Source of the DNA: the human T2T-CHM13v2.0 reference genome, Homo sapiens
NCBI RefSeq assembly: GCF_009914755.1
Contig: NC_060938.1
Strand: one strand, 5' to 3'
DNA: 64,000 bases
Made by a program: the position numbers and the translations under genes. The notes below the pieces were generated by a model. That model was not told where the DNA came from. It saw nothing but the letters and a program-made list of their open reading frames with translations, and made no database searches. Shown piece by piece: positions 47,491 to 64,000 of this stretch; position 1 is the first letter of the stretch; each line of letters begins with the position of its first letter.

Positions 47491-47550
47491 GTGGCGGTGG
47501 CATGAGGGTCGGACCCCAGTACCAGGCGGTGGTGCCCGACTTCGACCCCG
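47491..47550 (+). CDS. RCOR1: RCOR1 coding exon 2 (60 nt, phase 1-1), start of the ELM2 domain
   Basis: Acceptor TTCCCCCGCAG|GT and donor CCCCG|GTGAGT. Encodes (G)GGGMRVGPQYQAVVPDFDP(A), including the ELM2 'RVGxxYQA' signature. Confidence 0.97.
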
Positions 47551-49725
47551 GTGAGTAGCGGCCCCGGCCGGCCGGCGGCGGGGATGAGCGGGAGCCCCGG
47601 GTCCCCGGCGAGCCCGAGGGGGCGGGAGCCCGCCGACAACTTTCTTTTTGTGCGTTCGCCCTGCCGTCCGTGGGGAGAACAGCAGGGCGAGGACGAGGAG
47701 GCGCACACGCACACGAGTGTTCTGCAAACGTGCCTCTGCACCCGGGGGAGGCCAGGTCGCCCCCAGCAGGGCCGGCGCCGCTGCCCCCTTGCGCCTCCGA
47801 GGACTGCGGGTGGCGTCGGAGGTGGCCACACCTGGCCTGGGGGCGCTGGGGGTCCCTGCGTCCAGGTGAGCTGCGCCTCGGCCAGGGGTAAGGGTGGCAG
47901 TGCCGGAGAGTTAGTGTCCTGCGAGCGCCCCGGACTTAGGAGGTCCCCAGAGACCCCTTTCTCGGAACCCTTCCCAAAGGCTGCTCCCCACGCCTTTGCT
48001 CCTCCTCTCAGCCTCTGGGCTCTTGCTGGCTCCTGACTGCCCTCCCATCCAGAAGGCGAGTAGAAGAACGACCCCCCAAAACCAGTCAATAAAAGAAGTG
48101 TGTTTTCCAGAGGGCGCCTGCCTGGGGAAGAGAGTCTCGCGTGTGGCAGTTGGATTTTAGGACCTATTTGTAAATGTGTGTATTTCCTTTTTTTTGGAGG
48201 AAGAGATTGTGAAATTGAGAAGCATCAGAAGCTTTAGCCTAACAAATGCTTTTCACCTACAAGAAAGCCCTACACCCTAGAATGGAACACTTAGTTCCCT
48301 GGCTGCTATTCTGTGTAGAAGCAAATTTAAAGTGGTACAAGAAAAAAAATCCAATCAGACAAAGGAATTCGTCAGATTTTAATGCATGAGATTCTAGCCA
48401 GTGTCTGTATGAGACTGTCTTTAAAGGTTGTTGGTATGGAAAATGTTTGAAAGAACGTAGGATTTATTTCAGAAATAAAATTCAAAAGAGCATCTTGTAA
48501 AGCTGGAGTTAACAATCCTCCATGGTTGGAGGGCTTTAGAGCTGGGGTTCTGTATGTGGGTTATACCACTAGTTTATTTGAAAAGAAACGCATACATGTT
48601 TTTTCCTTGGAAACAAGACTGCAGAAAATTGCAATGATCTAGTCCTTGAAAAAGGCGATTGCTCTCAAGCTGTTATTAAGGTACTAAACTGCACTTTGAA
48701 GTGAAAATACATAGAGGTCCTAGGTGAGCTCTTGGACACTCTGGAAATAAATGACTTCCTAAATTGGCCTTCTAAATTTTGATTTGTTGACGTAAATCTG
48801 TTAAATTTATTTGTCTAATACTCGCGTTTGTGTTTCTTTTAAGTCCATGTTAGTGTTTTTGATAGTTTCCTCTTCTCCCCAATTCTTTTTTTTTTTTTTG
48901 GTAGTCACTTCTCGTTTATGAGTGACAGGATAGAACTAGGTGGCCAGGCTATATCTCTTGTATGCTTGGCTCCTCCGTTCCTTGGTTGGCCACCAGGGGA
49001 AGCATACTGTTTTTTGGTTACAGTTGACCCTGTCTTCATTTTGTAGGTCAAGTCTATCTTTGCTTTAAAACACAGAACATAAAGCTTGTTACCAAATTTT
49101 CCTAATGTATTATTTTTAAAAATCGACTTCCACAAATCTTTGAGTAAGTTGGTAGGCTTTTTGATACATTTTTGTTAACATAAATTTTGAAAACTTTATG
49201 TAGATGTGTTGGATGTGACTAAGGAAAAGGGCATATTTGTCAACAACAGGAATTAGATTTCTGACATTCATCGAAATATTGACATCAGCTCTGCATTGTT
49301 AGTAATGAGTTTGACTTCTTTGGAGTTATACTTTTCTTTGAAACAGCAAATATAATATTTTGAACTGTCTTTGGGCTTTTTGTTGGAATAGATATGAGCA
49401 TAAACTTGCTAGTGACCAGCTATTCTAAAATGGAAAACATTTATCAGATTGCAGTAGCTCACACCTGTAGTCCCAACACTTGGGGAGGCCAAGGCTGGAG
49501 GATCTCTGGAGCTCAGGAGTTGGAGACCAGCCTGGGCAATGTAGTCAGACTCTGTCTCAACAAAAAATAAAAAAATTAGCTGGGCATGGTGGCATGTGCC
49601 TGTAGTTTCAGCTACGGGGGGGTCTGAGGCTGGAGGATCTCTGGGAAGTCAAGGCTGCAGTGAGCAGTGATCTGGCCATTGCACTCCAGCCTGGGTGACA
49701 GAGTGAGACCCTGTCTCAGAAATAA

Positions 49726-50022
<297 letters not shown>

Positions 50023-50285
50023 TGATCTCCTGACCTCGTGATCCGCCCGTCTCGGCCTCTCATAGTGCTGGGATTACAGGCATGTGCCACCGCGCCCGGC
50101 CCCAAATTTCTTCATTTTGTGTTTGTTTTAATCTGGAAAGGAATCTAACTGGTGTAAAGTAATTTCAAACCTTGTTTTGCCAACCTAAGCAGGGGGACAC
50201 AGTTTTCTAGATATGGCAGAAAATTGAGACTTTACTATTTCCTAGTGGTTTTTTATGTGTCTTTTCATTTAACTTAAAAGCTTAA

Positions 50286-50504
<219 letters not shown>

Positions 50505-50746
50505 TAGTAGAGACAGGGTTTCTCCATGTTGATCAGGCTGGTCTGGAACTCCTGAACGCAGGTGATCCACCCACCTCAGCCTTCCAAATTACTGGGATTA
50601 CAGGGGTGAGCCACCGTGCCCAGCCAACTGATGTTTGTTTTATAGCAAAATTCTTTCTTAGCTGTTTAAGACTTAAGACAGGTTCTTTCCATGACTGCAA
50701 TTTAAGAGTAGTGAATTGAGTAATAAATTAAGAATTGAGAGTTTGA

Positions 50747-51408
<662 letters not shown>

Positions 51409-51537
51409 TGAGTGTGTCTTTGTTCTTCTCTTTTACTAGAATTTGAACAGAGAGGTGGACGTGAAACTTAACAGGCAGCTTTTTTTCTTTTCTTTTTTTA
51501 TTATAGTAAAATAAGTAACTATGGTAGAGATGCATGA

Positions 51538-52404
<867 letters not shown>

Positions 52405-54640
52405 TGACCTCAGGTGATCCACTCACCTCGGCCTCCCAAAGTGTTGGGATTACAGGTGTGAGCCACTGTGCCCGGCCTGATTTTTTTGTCAGATTTTACT
52501 TATTTGCGGTATGCCAGCTTGACCCTATTTAGGTTTGAAAGCAAATGGTTGGAGCTAAGACTATCTGATATTTCCTATGCAGTTCAAAGGAAGATTTAAT
52601 TCTGTCATGCCTTACAAAGAGTGAATGAGGTGGATAGAGCACGTTAGTCTTAAAATCCTGATTCAGTTCTTTTTTTTTTTTTTTTTTGAGACGGTGTCTC
52701 GCTCTGTTGTCCAGGCTGGAGTGCAGTGGTGTAATCCGGGCTCACTGCAAGCTCCGCATCCTGGGTTCATGCCGTTCTCCTGCCTCAGCCTCCCGGTAGC
52801 TGGGACTACAGGCGCCTGCCACCACGCCCGGCTAATTTTTTTGTATTTTAAGTAGAGACGGGGTTCCACCATGTTAGCCAGGATGGTCTCAATCTCCTGA
52901 CCTCGTGATCCGCCCGCCTCGGCCTCCCAGAGTGCTGGGATTACAGGCGTGAGCCGCCACGCCTGGCCCTGATTCAGTTCTTATAAAATAATTAATACCT
53001 AGATTAGATCGGTGTAGTGTGGCATTGCTTGGTAGTTAGAATACCATTTGTGTTTACACTGAAATAAAAAGTTTTACCAACTTTTAAAGAGTTAAAAAAA
53101 AAAAGAGTTAAAAACCTAAGTGCAGCCCTACACTTTTAACTTAGGCTTTGTTCTTACATGTGTTGTCCAGACTGCCTTTCCATGCTGTCTGCCGCAGATT
53201 ATGCTGAGTTGTCATTGGTTTCTTTTAATATTCAGTAGTTACAGAATAATAGGGTAAGAGGGGGGATGCTTATCTATCCTACCTCTGGTTGGTTCTTTCC
53301 TACATAAGCAAAGCATCACTTATTTTGAAATGAATAATGTTTTTCTTTCCTTTTTTTTCCTTTTTTTTTTGAGATAGGGTCACACTCTGTCACCAGTATA
53401 GTGGTGTGATCATGGCGGCAGTGAACTTGAACCTCCTGGGCGCACACTATCCTCCCATCCATACTTTACCTCGAAAGTAGCTGGGACTACAGATGTCCAC
53501 GACCATGCCTGACTAGTTTTTTTGTATTTTTTGTAGAGACAAGAGTTTTGCCACGTAGTCCAGGCTGGTCTCGAACTCCTTGGCTCAAGCCATCTGCCTG
53601 CCTTGGCCTCCCAAAGTGCTGGGCTTACAGGTGTGAGCCACCGTGTTCAGCCATTATTATTACTATTTTTTAATTTTTTTTATTCTCTTTATACACGTCC
53701 TTGGTGCTTCAGAGGCGTACATTGTTAATGATGAATATTTTTGAGATAGTGGCCCTTTAAAAAAGCAACCTTTATTTTGAATGTTTAATCCAATGTATTT
53801 AATCAGATCTGAAAATTTGTGGTTGTCATTGGCTTAACTGTCACTTCAGAGTTGACTTCTGTCAGAAAACTGTGTTATGTTTTCATGTGGAATAGGTAAT
53901 TTTACTGAACAGGGTGTCTTGATATGCCTTTCATTTGTTTTCACTGGTGATTCTATGTTCTGCTTTTTTTATGCTTTAGATCATTGTAAAAAAAATATGG
54001 TGAATGCTTTGTGGTTTTGTTTTGTTTTTTTTTTTTTTTTGAAACAAGGTCTTGCTCTGTCACACAGGCTAGAGTGCAGTGGCCCTGATGTTGGCTCACT
54101 TCAACCTCTGCCTCCCAGACTCAAGTGATCCTCCCCCCTCAGCCTCATCAGTTGCTGGGAATACATGTGCACATCACCACGCTTGAGCCCAGGCTGGTCT
54201 CTAACTCTTGTGCTCAAGCAGTCTTCCTGCCTTGGCCTCCCAAAGTGCTGGGATCACAGGCATGTGCCTGGCAATGCTTTGTGATTTATTTATTTAATTA
54301 TTATTATTATTTTTTTGAGACGGAGTCTCGCTCTGTCACCCAGGCTGGGGTGCTGGAGTGCAGTGGCGCGATCTCAGCTCACTACAAGCTCCGCCTCCCG
54401 GGTTCACGCCCTTCTCCTGCCTCAGCCTCTCTGAGTAGCTGGGATTACAGGCGCCCACCACCACGCCCGGCTAATTTTTTATATTTTTAGTAGAGATGGG
54501 GTTTCACCGTGGTCTTGATCTCCTGACCTCGTGATCCGCCCACCTCGGCCTCCCAAAGTGCTGGGATTACAAGCGTGAGCCACCGCGCCCAGCCAGTGAT
54601 TGATTGATTGATTTTAGTTTTATTTTTTATTGTATTTTGA

Positions 54641-54995
<355 letters not shown>

Positions 54996-55108
54996 TAGCC
55001 AGGATGGTCTCGATCTCCTGACCTCGTGATCTGCCCGTCTTGGCCTCCCAAAGTGCTGGGATTACAGGCGTGAGCCACCGCGCCCGGCTGCTAATTTTTG
55101 TATTCTTA

Positions 55109-55381
<273 letters not shown>

Positions 55382-55633
55382 CTAGGTGACAAAGTGAGAC
55401 TCTGTCTCAAAAAAAAAAGACGGGGTTTCACTATGGTGGCCAGGCTGGTTTCGAACTCTTGACCTCAGGTGATTGACCCGCCTTGGCCTCCCAAAGTGCT
55501 GGGATTACAGGCTTGAGCCACCGCACCCGACCAAACACTGATTTAATACTAGGCAATATTTGCTTCAGGTACAGCTAAAGCCTCATTCCCGCCTTCTTTC
55601 TTCATTAATTCACAGTTGGTTTATATTATTTCT

Positions 55634-56461
<828 letters not shown>

Positions 56462-56591
56462 TTATGCTTTCCAAACAAGTACATTTCCACTAGCAAGGTA
56501 AACAACTTTGTTTTCACCTTGTCTTCGTCATGGTGTTAGTTAGGTTATTAATTTTTTTTAAATGCTATCCTTTAATGGCTTATATTAGCAT

Positions 56592-56628
<37 letters not shown>

Positions 56629-56667
56629 GGAGATGGAGTTTCGCTCTTGTTTTGTTCCCCAGGCTAG

Positions 56668-56841
<174 letters not shown>

Positions 56842-57860
56842 TGAACTCCTGACCTCAAGTGATCTCCCGCATCGGCCTCCCAAAGTCCTAGGATTACAGA
56901 CGTGATCCACTGTGCCTGGCCTCTTCTTTCTTTTTTTGTAGACTTGATATCGTTCTGCCTCTTAGGCTGGAGTGCAGTGGCATGATCACAGCACACTACA
57001 GCCTCAGCCTCCAGGGCTCAAGTGATCCTCCTGTCTCAGTTTCCTGAGAAGCTGGGACTACAGGCATGAGCCAGTATGCCTGACTGATTTTTGAACTTTT
57101 TGTAGAGACGGGGTTTTGCCAAGTTGCCCAGACTGGTCTCCAACTCCTGGGCTCAACCAGTCCTTCTGCTGTGTCCTCCCAAAGTGTTGAGATTACAGGC
57201 ATGAGTCACTGTGCCTGTAATTAAGTTTTCCAATTAATGATGAGGTTAAGTGTCTTATGTTTTTAATTTTTAATTTTTAATTTTTTTAAGACCTTTTTTT
57301 TCCCCTTTTTTGAGATGAGTTCTTACTCTTGTCGCCCAGGCTGGAGTGCAGTGGCGTGATCATAGCGTACTGTAGCCTTGAACTTCTAGGGCTCAAGTGA
57401 TCTTCATACCTCAGTTTCTGGAGTAGTTTGGACTACAGTTGTTCACCACCACACCCAGCAAAGAATGTGACAAAAAGTACTAAGTGTGTTTTAGCTAAGT
57501 ATCGATAAGAAAAGAGTGTCTTTTTATTTATTTTTTATTTGTTTATATGTACTTTTTGAGACAGGGTCTGGCTCTGTCATCCAGGCTGGAGTGCAGTTGT
57601 GTAATTTTGGCTCCCTGCATCCTCAGCCTCTCAGGCTCAAGTAATCTTCCCACCTTGGCCTCCGGAGTAGCTGGGTTTATAGGCTCTTGCCACTATGCCC
57701 AGCTAATATTTGTATTTTTTGTAGAGATGGGGTTTCAGGTTTTGTTGGTCTTAACCCTGGCCCAGGAGTGTCTGTAAATTTTTTTTTCTTTTTTTTGCCA
57801 CTCAGTTTCCTCCTGTGAATGTATCTTTCTTTTGCTATTTTTCTTTTTTTTCCCCCTTAG

Positions 57861-58067
<207 letters not shown>

Positions 58068-58639
58068 TAGGGTGTTGGTTTTTATAGGTTTTGGTTTTTT
58101 GTATGGATTTGTGTGAGTTCTTTTTATTTATATATTTGGATATTCTTTGTTAGAATTGCACATATGTTTTTTGTTTTTTCTTTAATATTATGTGTGTTGC
58201 GGGGAGGAGGATTGAGTTTATTTGACTAGGAAGGGATAAAAATACATTCCTGACTGGAGACTGTACTGAGAGATTGGTCTTGGTGTATACCCCTGATTTC
58301 TAAGATGAATGTTACTGAGAATTGACAATTTTTTTTGTTGATTGTTGTGTTTCCACTAAGTTATTCATCTCATTTTGGCCTGCTATTAGCTAGTTGACCC
58401 AAATCACAGTGCTGGATGACTTGAAAAGCTCTGATTTAATTTTTGCCTAGTATATAGTTATAGTAGCATATAGGTTAAAGGTTAAAGTTACAGCTTTGAT
58501 CCTATAATGGTCAGTTAGTTTCCCACGAAAGGTTAAAATGCTATAGACTAAAACTAACAGCTGTCTTAGGGATTTGCCACTCCTTATAAGGCAATGGGTA
58601 GTGTGTGGATAGGGAGGTACAACTTGTCATCACTAACAA

Positions 58640-58830
58640 AACCCTCGAAAGAATGATCTATCCAGGTTGCTTACTCTGTGCCAGGCTAGTTTTAACACAC
58701 ATCAAATCATTTGACCCTCACAACAGTCATATGATGTAAAGTTACTATCTCCATTTTCCAGATGAGGAAACAGAGGCATTGAGAGGCTTAGTCTTATGGT
58801 TGAACCTAATAACTTGCCGTGGTAATCCAG
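58640..58830 (-). mobile_element. MIR
   Basis: TTACTCTGTGCCAGGC...TCATTTGACCCTCACAAC...CCATTTTCCAGATGAGGAAACAGAGGCA core. Confidence 0.7.
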
Positions 58831-59621
58831 TCCGAGAGGCCCTCAGCTGTAAGAGGCACCTTTATTTTATGTTTCAGTAAGAAAGGAAAAGGATCAACAA
58901 GATAGACTGTTAATTTTAAGTATTATAAGAATTCTGATTTATAAGTATAATCAGAATTCAATTTAGTGTATTTTAGAGAGGGTCAGCCAGAATCCTCTTT
59001 AAGAGAAAACACTTAGGCTGGGTGCAGTTGCTCACTCCTGTAATCCCAGCACTTTGGGAGGCTGAGGCAGGTGGATCTCCCAAGGTCAGGAATTCAAGAT
59101 CAGCCTGGCCAAAATGGTGAAACCCTGTCTCTACTAAAAATACAAAAAATTAGCCAGGCTATAATCCCAGCATTTTGGGAGGCTGAGGCGCGAGAATTGC
59201 CTGAACCTGGGAGGTGGAGCTACAGTGAGCCGAGATCGTGCCACTGCACTCCAGCCTGGGTGACAGAGCAATATTCCATCTCAAAAAAAAAAAAAAAAAA
59301 AAAGGAAAAGAAAAAACACTTAGGAGCAAGACTTTATTGGATCCATTGATTAGTTGTTTCCATGTGGCCCCAGGTGTTGGGGAATTTTATGTTTCGGGTT
59401 GCCAGAGCCAACTTGTAGTCCAGTTACATTCCTCTTCTTCCTGGCAGTGAGAACACCGGTGAAATGGGAGGTGGTTAGCTTGGTTGCCTGGGGACAAATT
59501 GGACTGAGTTGCTTTATTCCTGCATGTATGTTGAAATAGTCATCTTCACAACTTAGAATATAGTTGGAGTTTTTTTTAGAAGAGCCATTTATTTTGATGG
59601 TGTGACTGAAGGCTATACATA

Positions 59622-60135
59622 CAGTCATGTATTGCAAAACAAATGTCATTTTGGTCAAGGACAGTGGTCCCATAAGATTATAATGGAACTAATAAATTTC
59701 TTTCGCCTAGTAACTTCACCTTGTCTATAGTGCAACAACGTGTAGCATTACTTAGGTGTTTGTGTGGTGTTGGTGTAAACAAACCTACTGCACTGCCAGT
59801 CTTACAAAATCTAGCACATGGAGTTATGTATAGTACATAGTACTTGGTAATGACAATAACTGTATTACTGGTTTGTGGATTTACTATGCTATACTTTGTA
59901 TGGTTATTTTAGAGTGTATTCCTACTTATAAAAATTATCAGTTTGCTGTAAAACAGCCTCAGGCAGGTCCTTCAGGAGGTATTCCAGAAGGAAGGCATTG
60001 TTACTCTAGAATATGACACCTCCATGGGTCTTATTGCCTCTGAAGACCTTCCAGTGGGACAAGGAAGGTATGGAGTTGGAAGATGGTGATATTGATGATC
60101 CTGACTGTAGGCTAGGCCAATGTGTGTGTCTTTGT
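59622..60135 (+). mobile_element. Tigger3/MER7-family TcMar DNA transposon, left part
   Basis: TA|CAGTCATG start; GTGGTCCCATAAGATTATAATGG, GGTGTAAACAAACCTACTGCACTGCCAGTC, CTGTAAAACAGCCTCAGGCAGGTCCTTCAGGAGGTATTCCAGAAG. Confidence 0.85.
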
Positions 60136-61101
60136 GGTTTTTTTTGTTTTTGTTTTTGAAATGGAGTCTCGCTCTGTTGCACAGGCTGGAGTCCAGTGGC
60201 ATGATCTCGGCTCACTGCAACCTCTGCTTCCCTGCTTCCAGTGATTCTCCTGCCTCAGCCTCGTGAATAGCTGGGATTACAGGTGCGCGCCACCATGCCT
60301 GGCTAATTTTTGTATTTTTAGTAGAAATAGGGTTTCATCATATTGGGCAGGCTGGCCTTGAACTCCCGACCTCAAGTGATCTGCCTGCTTCGGCCTCCGA
60401 AAGTGCTGGGATTACAGGCATGAGCCACCGTGCCCGGCCTAATTTTTGTATTTTTAGTAGAGACGGGGTTTTGCCATGTTGGCCAGGCTGGTCTTGAACT
60501 CCTGACCTCAGGTGATTTGCCTGTCTTGGCCTCCCACAGTGCTGGGATTACAGGTGTGAGCCACTGCACCTGACTGTATTTACACCCATACTCTCCCTGA
60601 AGGTTGTAGTTCCTGCCCTGCTTTACTTTTACTGGCATAGAAGCTGCTGGGCTTGGTGTTCTGCTTTCAAACTTAGCGTGGATATAGGGAGTTCAGCGGG
60701 GAGGAAGAGAAGAGTAGGTGCTTAACTAGTTTTGATCTTACTCAGTACCAGAGAGTGTTCTGGGAGCTAGTGGTGTCATGTATGTCTGATTTCTTTGAGG
60801 GTGGTAGCGTAGTTTTTTGAACCACCAAATCAGGTTTTAAGTTTTTTTTTTTTTTTTGGAGGGGAGATAGGGTCTCACCCTGTCCCCCAGGCTGGAGTGC
60901 AGTGGCGGGAACATGGCCCACTGCATGCAGCCTTGACTTCTTGGGCACCAGTGATCCTCCTGCCTCAGCCTCCCAGGTAGCTGGGATTACAGGTGTGAGG
61001 CACTGCACCTGGCTGTTAAGTATTATCTAGTATAAACTCGTCAGAGCTAAATAGGGGCTGAATTTTCTAAGAATATGTGCTTGGTTTGGGTCTTTTCTTG
61101 A

Positions 61102-61469
<368 letters not shown>

Positions 61470-61973
61470 TGATAAGGACCAAGTGCAACTGTATATCAAA
61501 TGGAAATCTAGGGAAAAATTGTCTTTTAAATTGCAGTTAAAAGCTGATTATCCCTATTGTCTCTTGCTTTCCTTATAATGAATTTGTATAAATTGGAGAT
61601 GCACATCTTGCATAGATGTGTTTTCTTTTTTTTATATAAAGTGGTGCAAGTCACATCACAAAATTGACTATTTTTTGGCCAGGTGTGGTGACTCATGCGT
61701 GTAATCCCAGTGCTTTGGGAAGCTGAGGCAAGTGGGTCACCTGAGGTCAGGAGTTTGAGACCAGCCAGGCCAATATGGTGAAAACCTGTCTCTACTAAAA
61801 ATAGAAAAAAGCTAGCCAGGCGTGGTTGCTCATGCCTGTAATCCCAGCACTTTGAGAGGCTGAGGTGGGCAGATCACGAGGTCAGGAGTTTGAGACCAGC
61901 CTGGCCAACATGGTAAAACCCCATATCTACTAAAAGTATAAAAATTAGCCGGGTGTGGTGGCACCTGCCTTTA

Positions 61974-63775
<1,802 letters not shown>

Positions 63776-64000
63776 TGAGAAGATGGGATTGTAAGCATGT
63801 ACCACCAAGTGTGGCTAATTTTTTTTTTGTATTTTTTAGTAGAGACAGGGTTTCACCGTGTTGGCCAGGCTGATCAGGCTGGTCCTGACCTCAGGTGATC
63901 TGCCTGTCTCGGCCTCCCAAAGTGCTGGGATTACAGGCGTGAAAATGCTACTGATGACAGTGCAGAGAGTCCTGAGATGCTTAGAGTAGTGGAGTTACTC

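Larger units (their letters stand above)
45750..47960. promoter_or_regulatory. RCOR1 promoter CpG island
   Basis: Very high GC and CpG density, repeat-free, many GC boxes, spans exons 1-2; boundaries approximate. Confidence 0.93.

Noticed and set aside
46624-47829. 401-aa antisense ORF (and 146/266-aa ones) over RCOR1 exons 1-2
   Set aside because: Shadow of the GCC-rich CDS in very GC-rich DNA; low-complexity Arg/Pro/Ala with no domain.

Overview
Primate DNA, almost certainly human chr14q32.3. The window holds about 47 kb of extremely Alu-dense sequence upstream of RCOR1 (CoREST1), the RCOR1 CpG-island promoter, coding exons 1-2 (47112-47412, 47491-47550) and the first ~16 kb of intron 2. 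RCOR1 is the only supportable protein-coding gene; nearly all other ORFs in the track are Alu-derived or GC-rich shadow frames. The upstream region contains an orphan CpG island (~8.9-9.7 kb) with splice signals suggesting a + strand lncRNA (LINC02323 is recalled from this neighbourhood, unverified), solo LTRs (MER41A, MER21A), a two-LTR MaLR provirus, DNA-transposon relics (MER91A, MER58B, Tigger3), L1/L2/MIR fragments, a FAM and a 7SL retrocopy. I see no clearly new multi-gene system. The best leads are: an unidentified TSD-flanked ~225 bp mRNA-like retrocopy; a microhomology-templated 140 bp insertion into an L2; a compact palindromic TEAD+GATA+KLF motif cluster 7 kb upstream of RCOR1; an RCOR1 uORF; and a 78-nt RCOR1 intron whose only in-frame stop is its own branch point. 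Repeat family names come from recalled consensus sequences and were not run through RepeatMasker; repeat boundaries are approximate.
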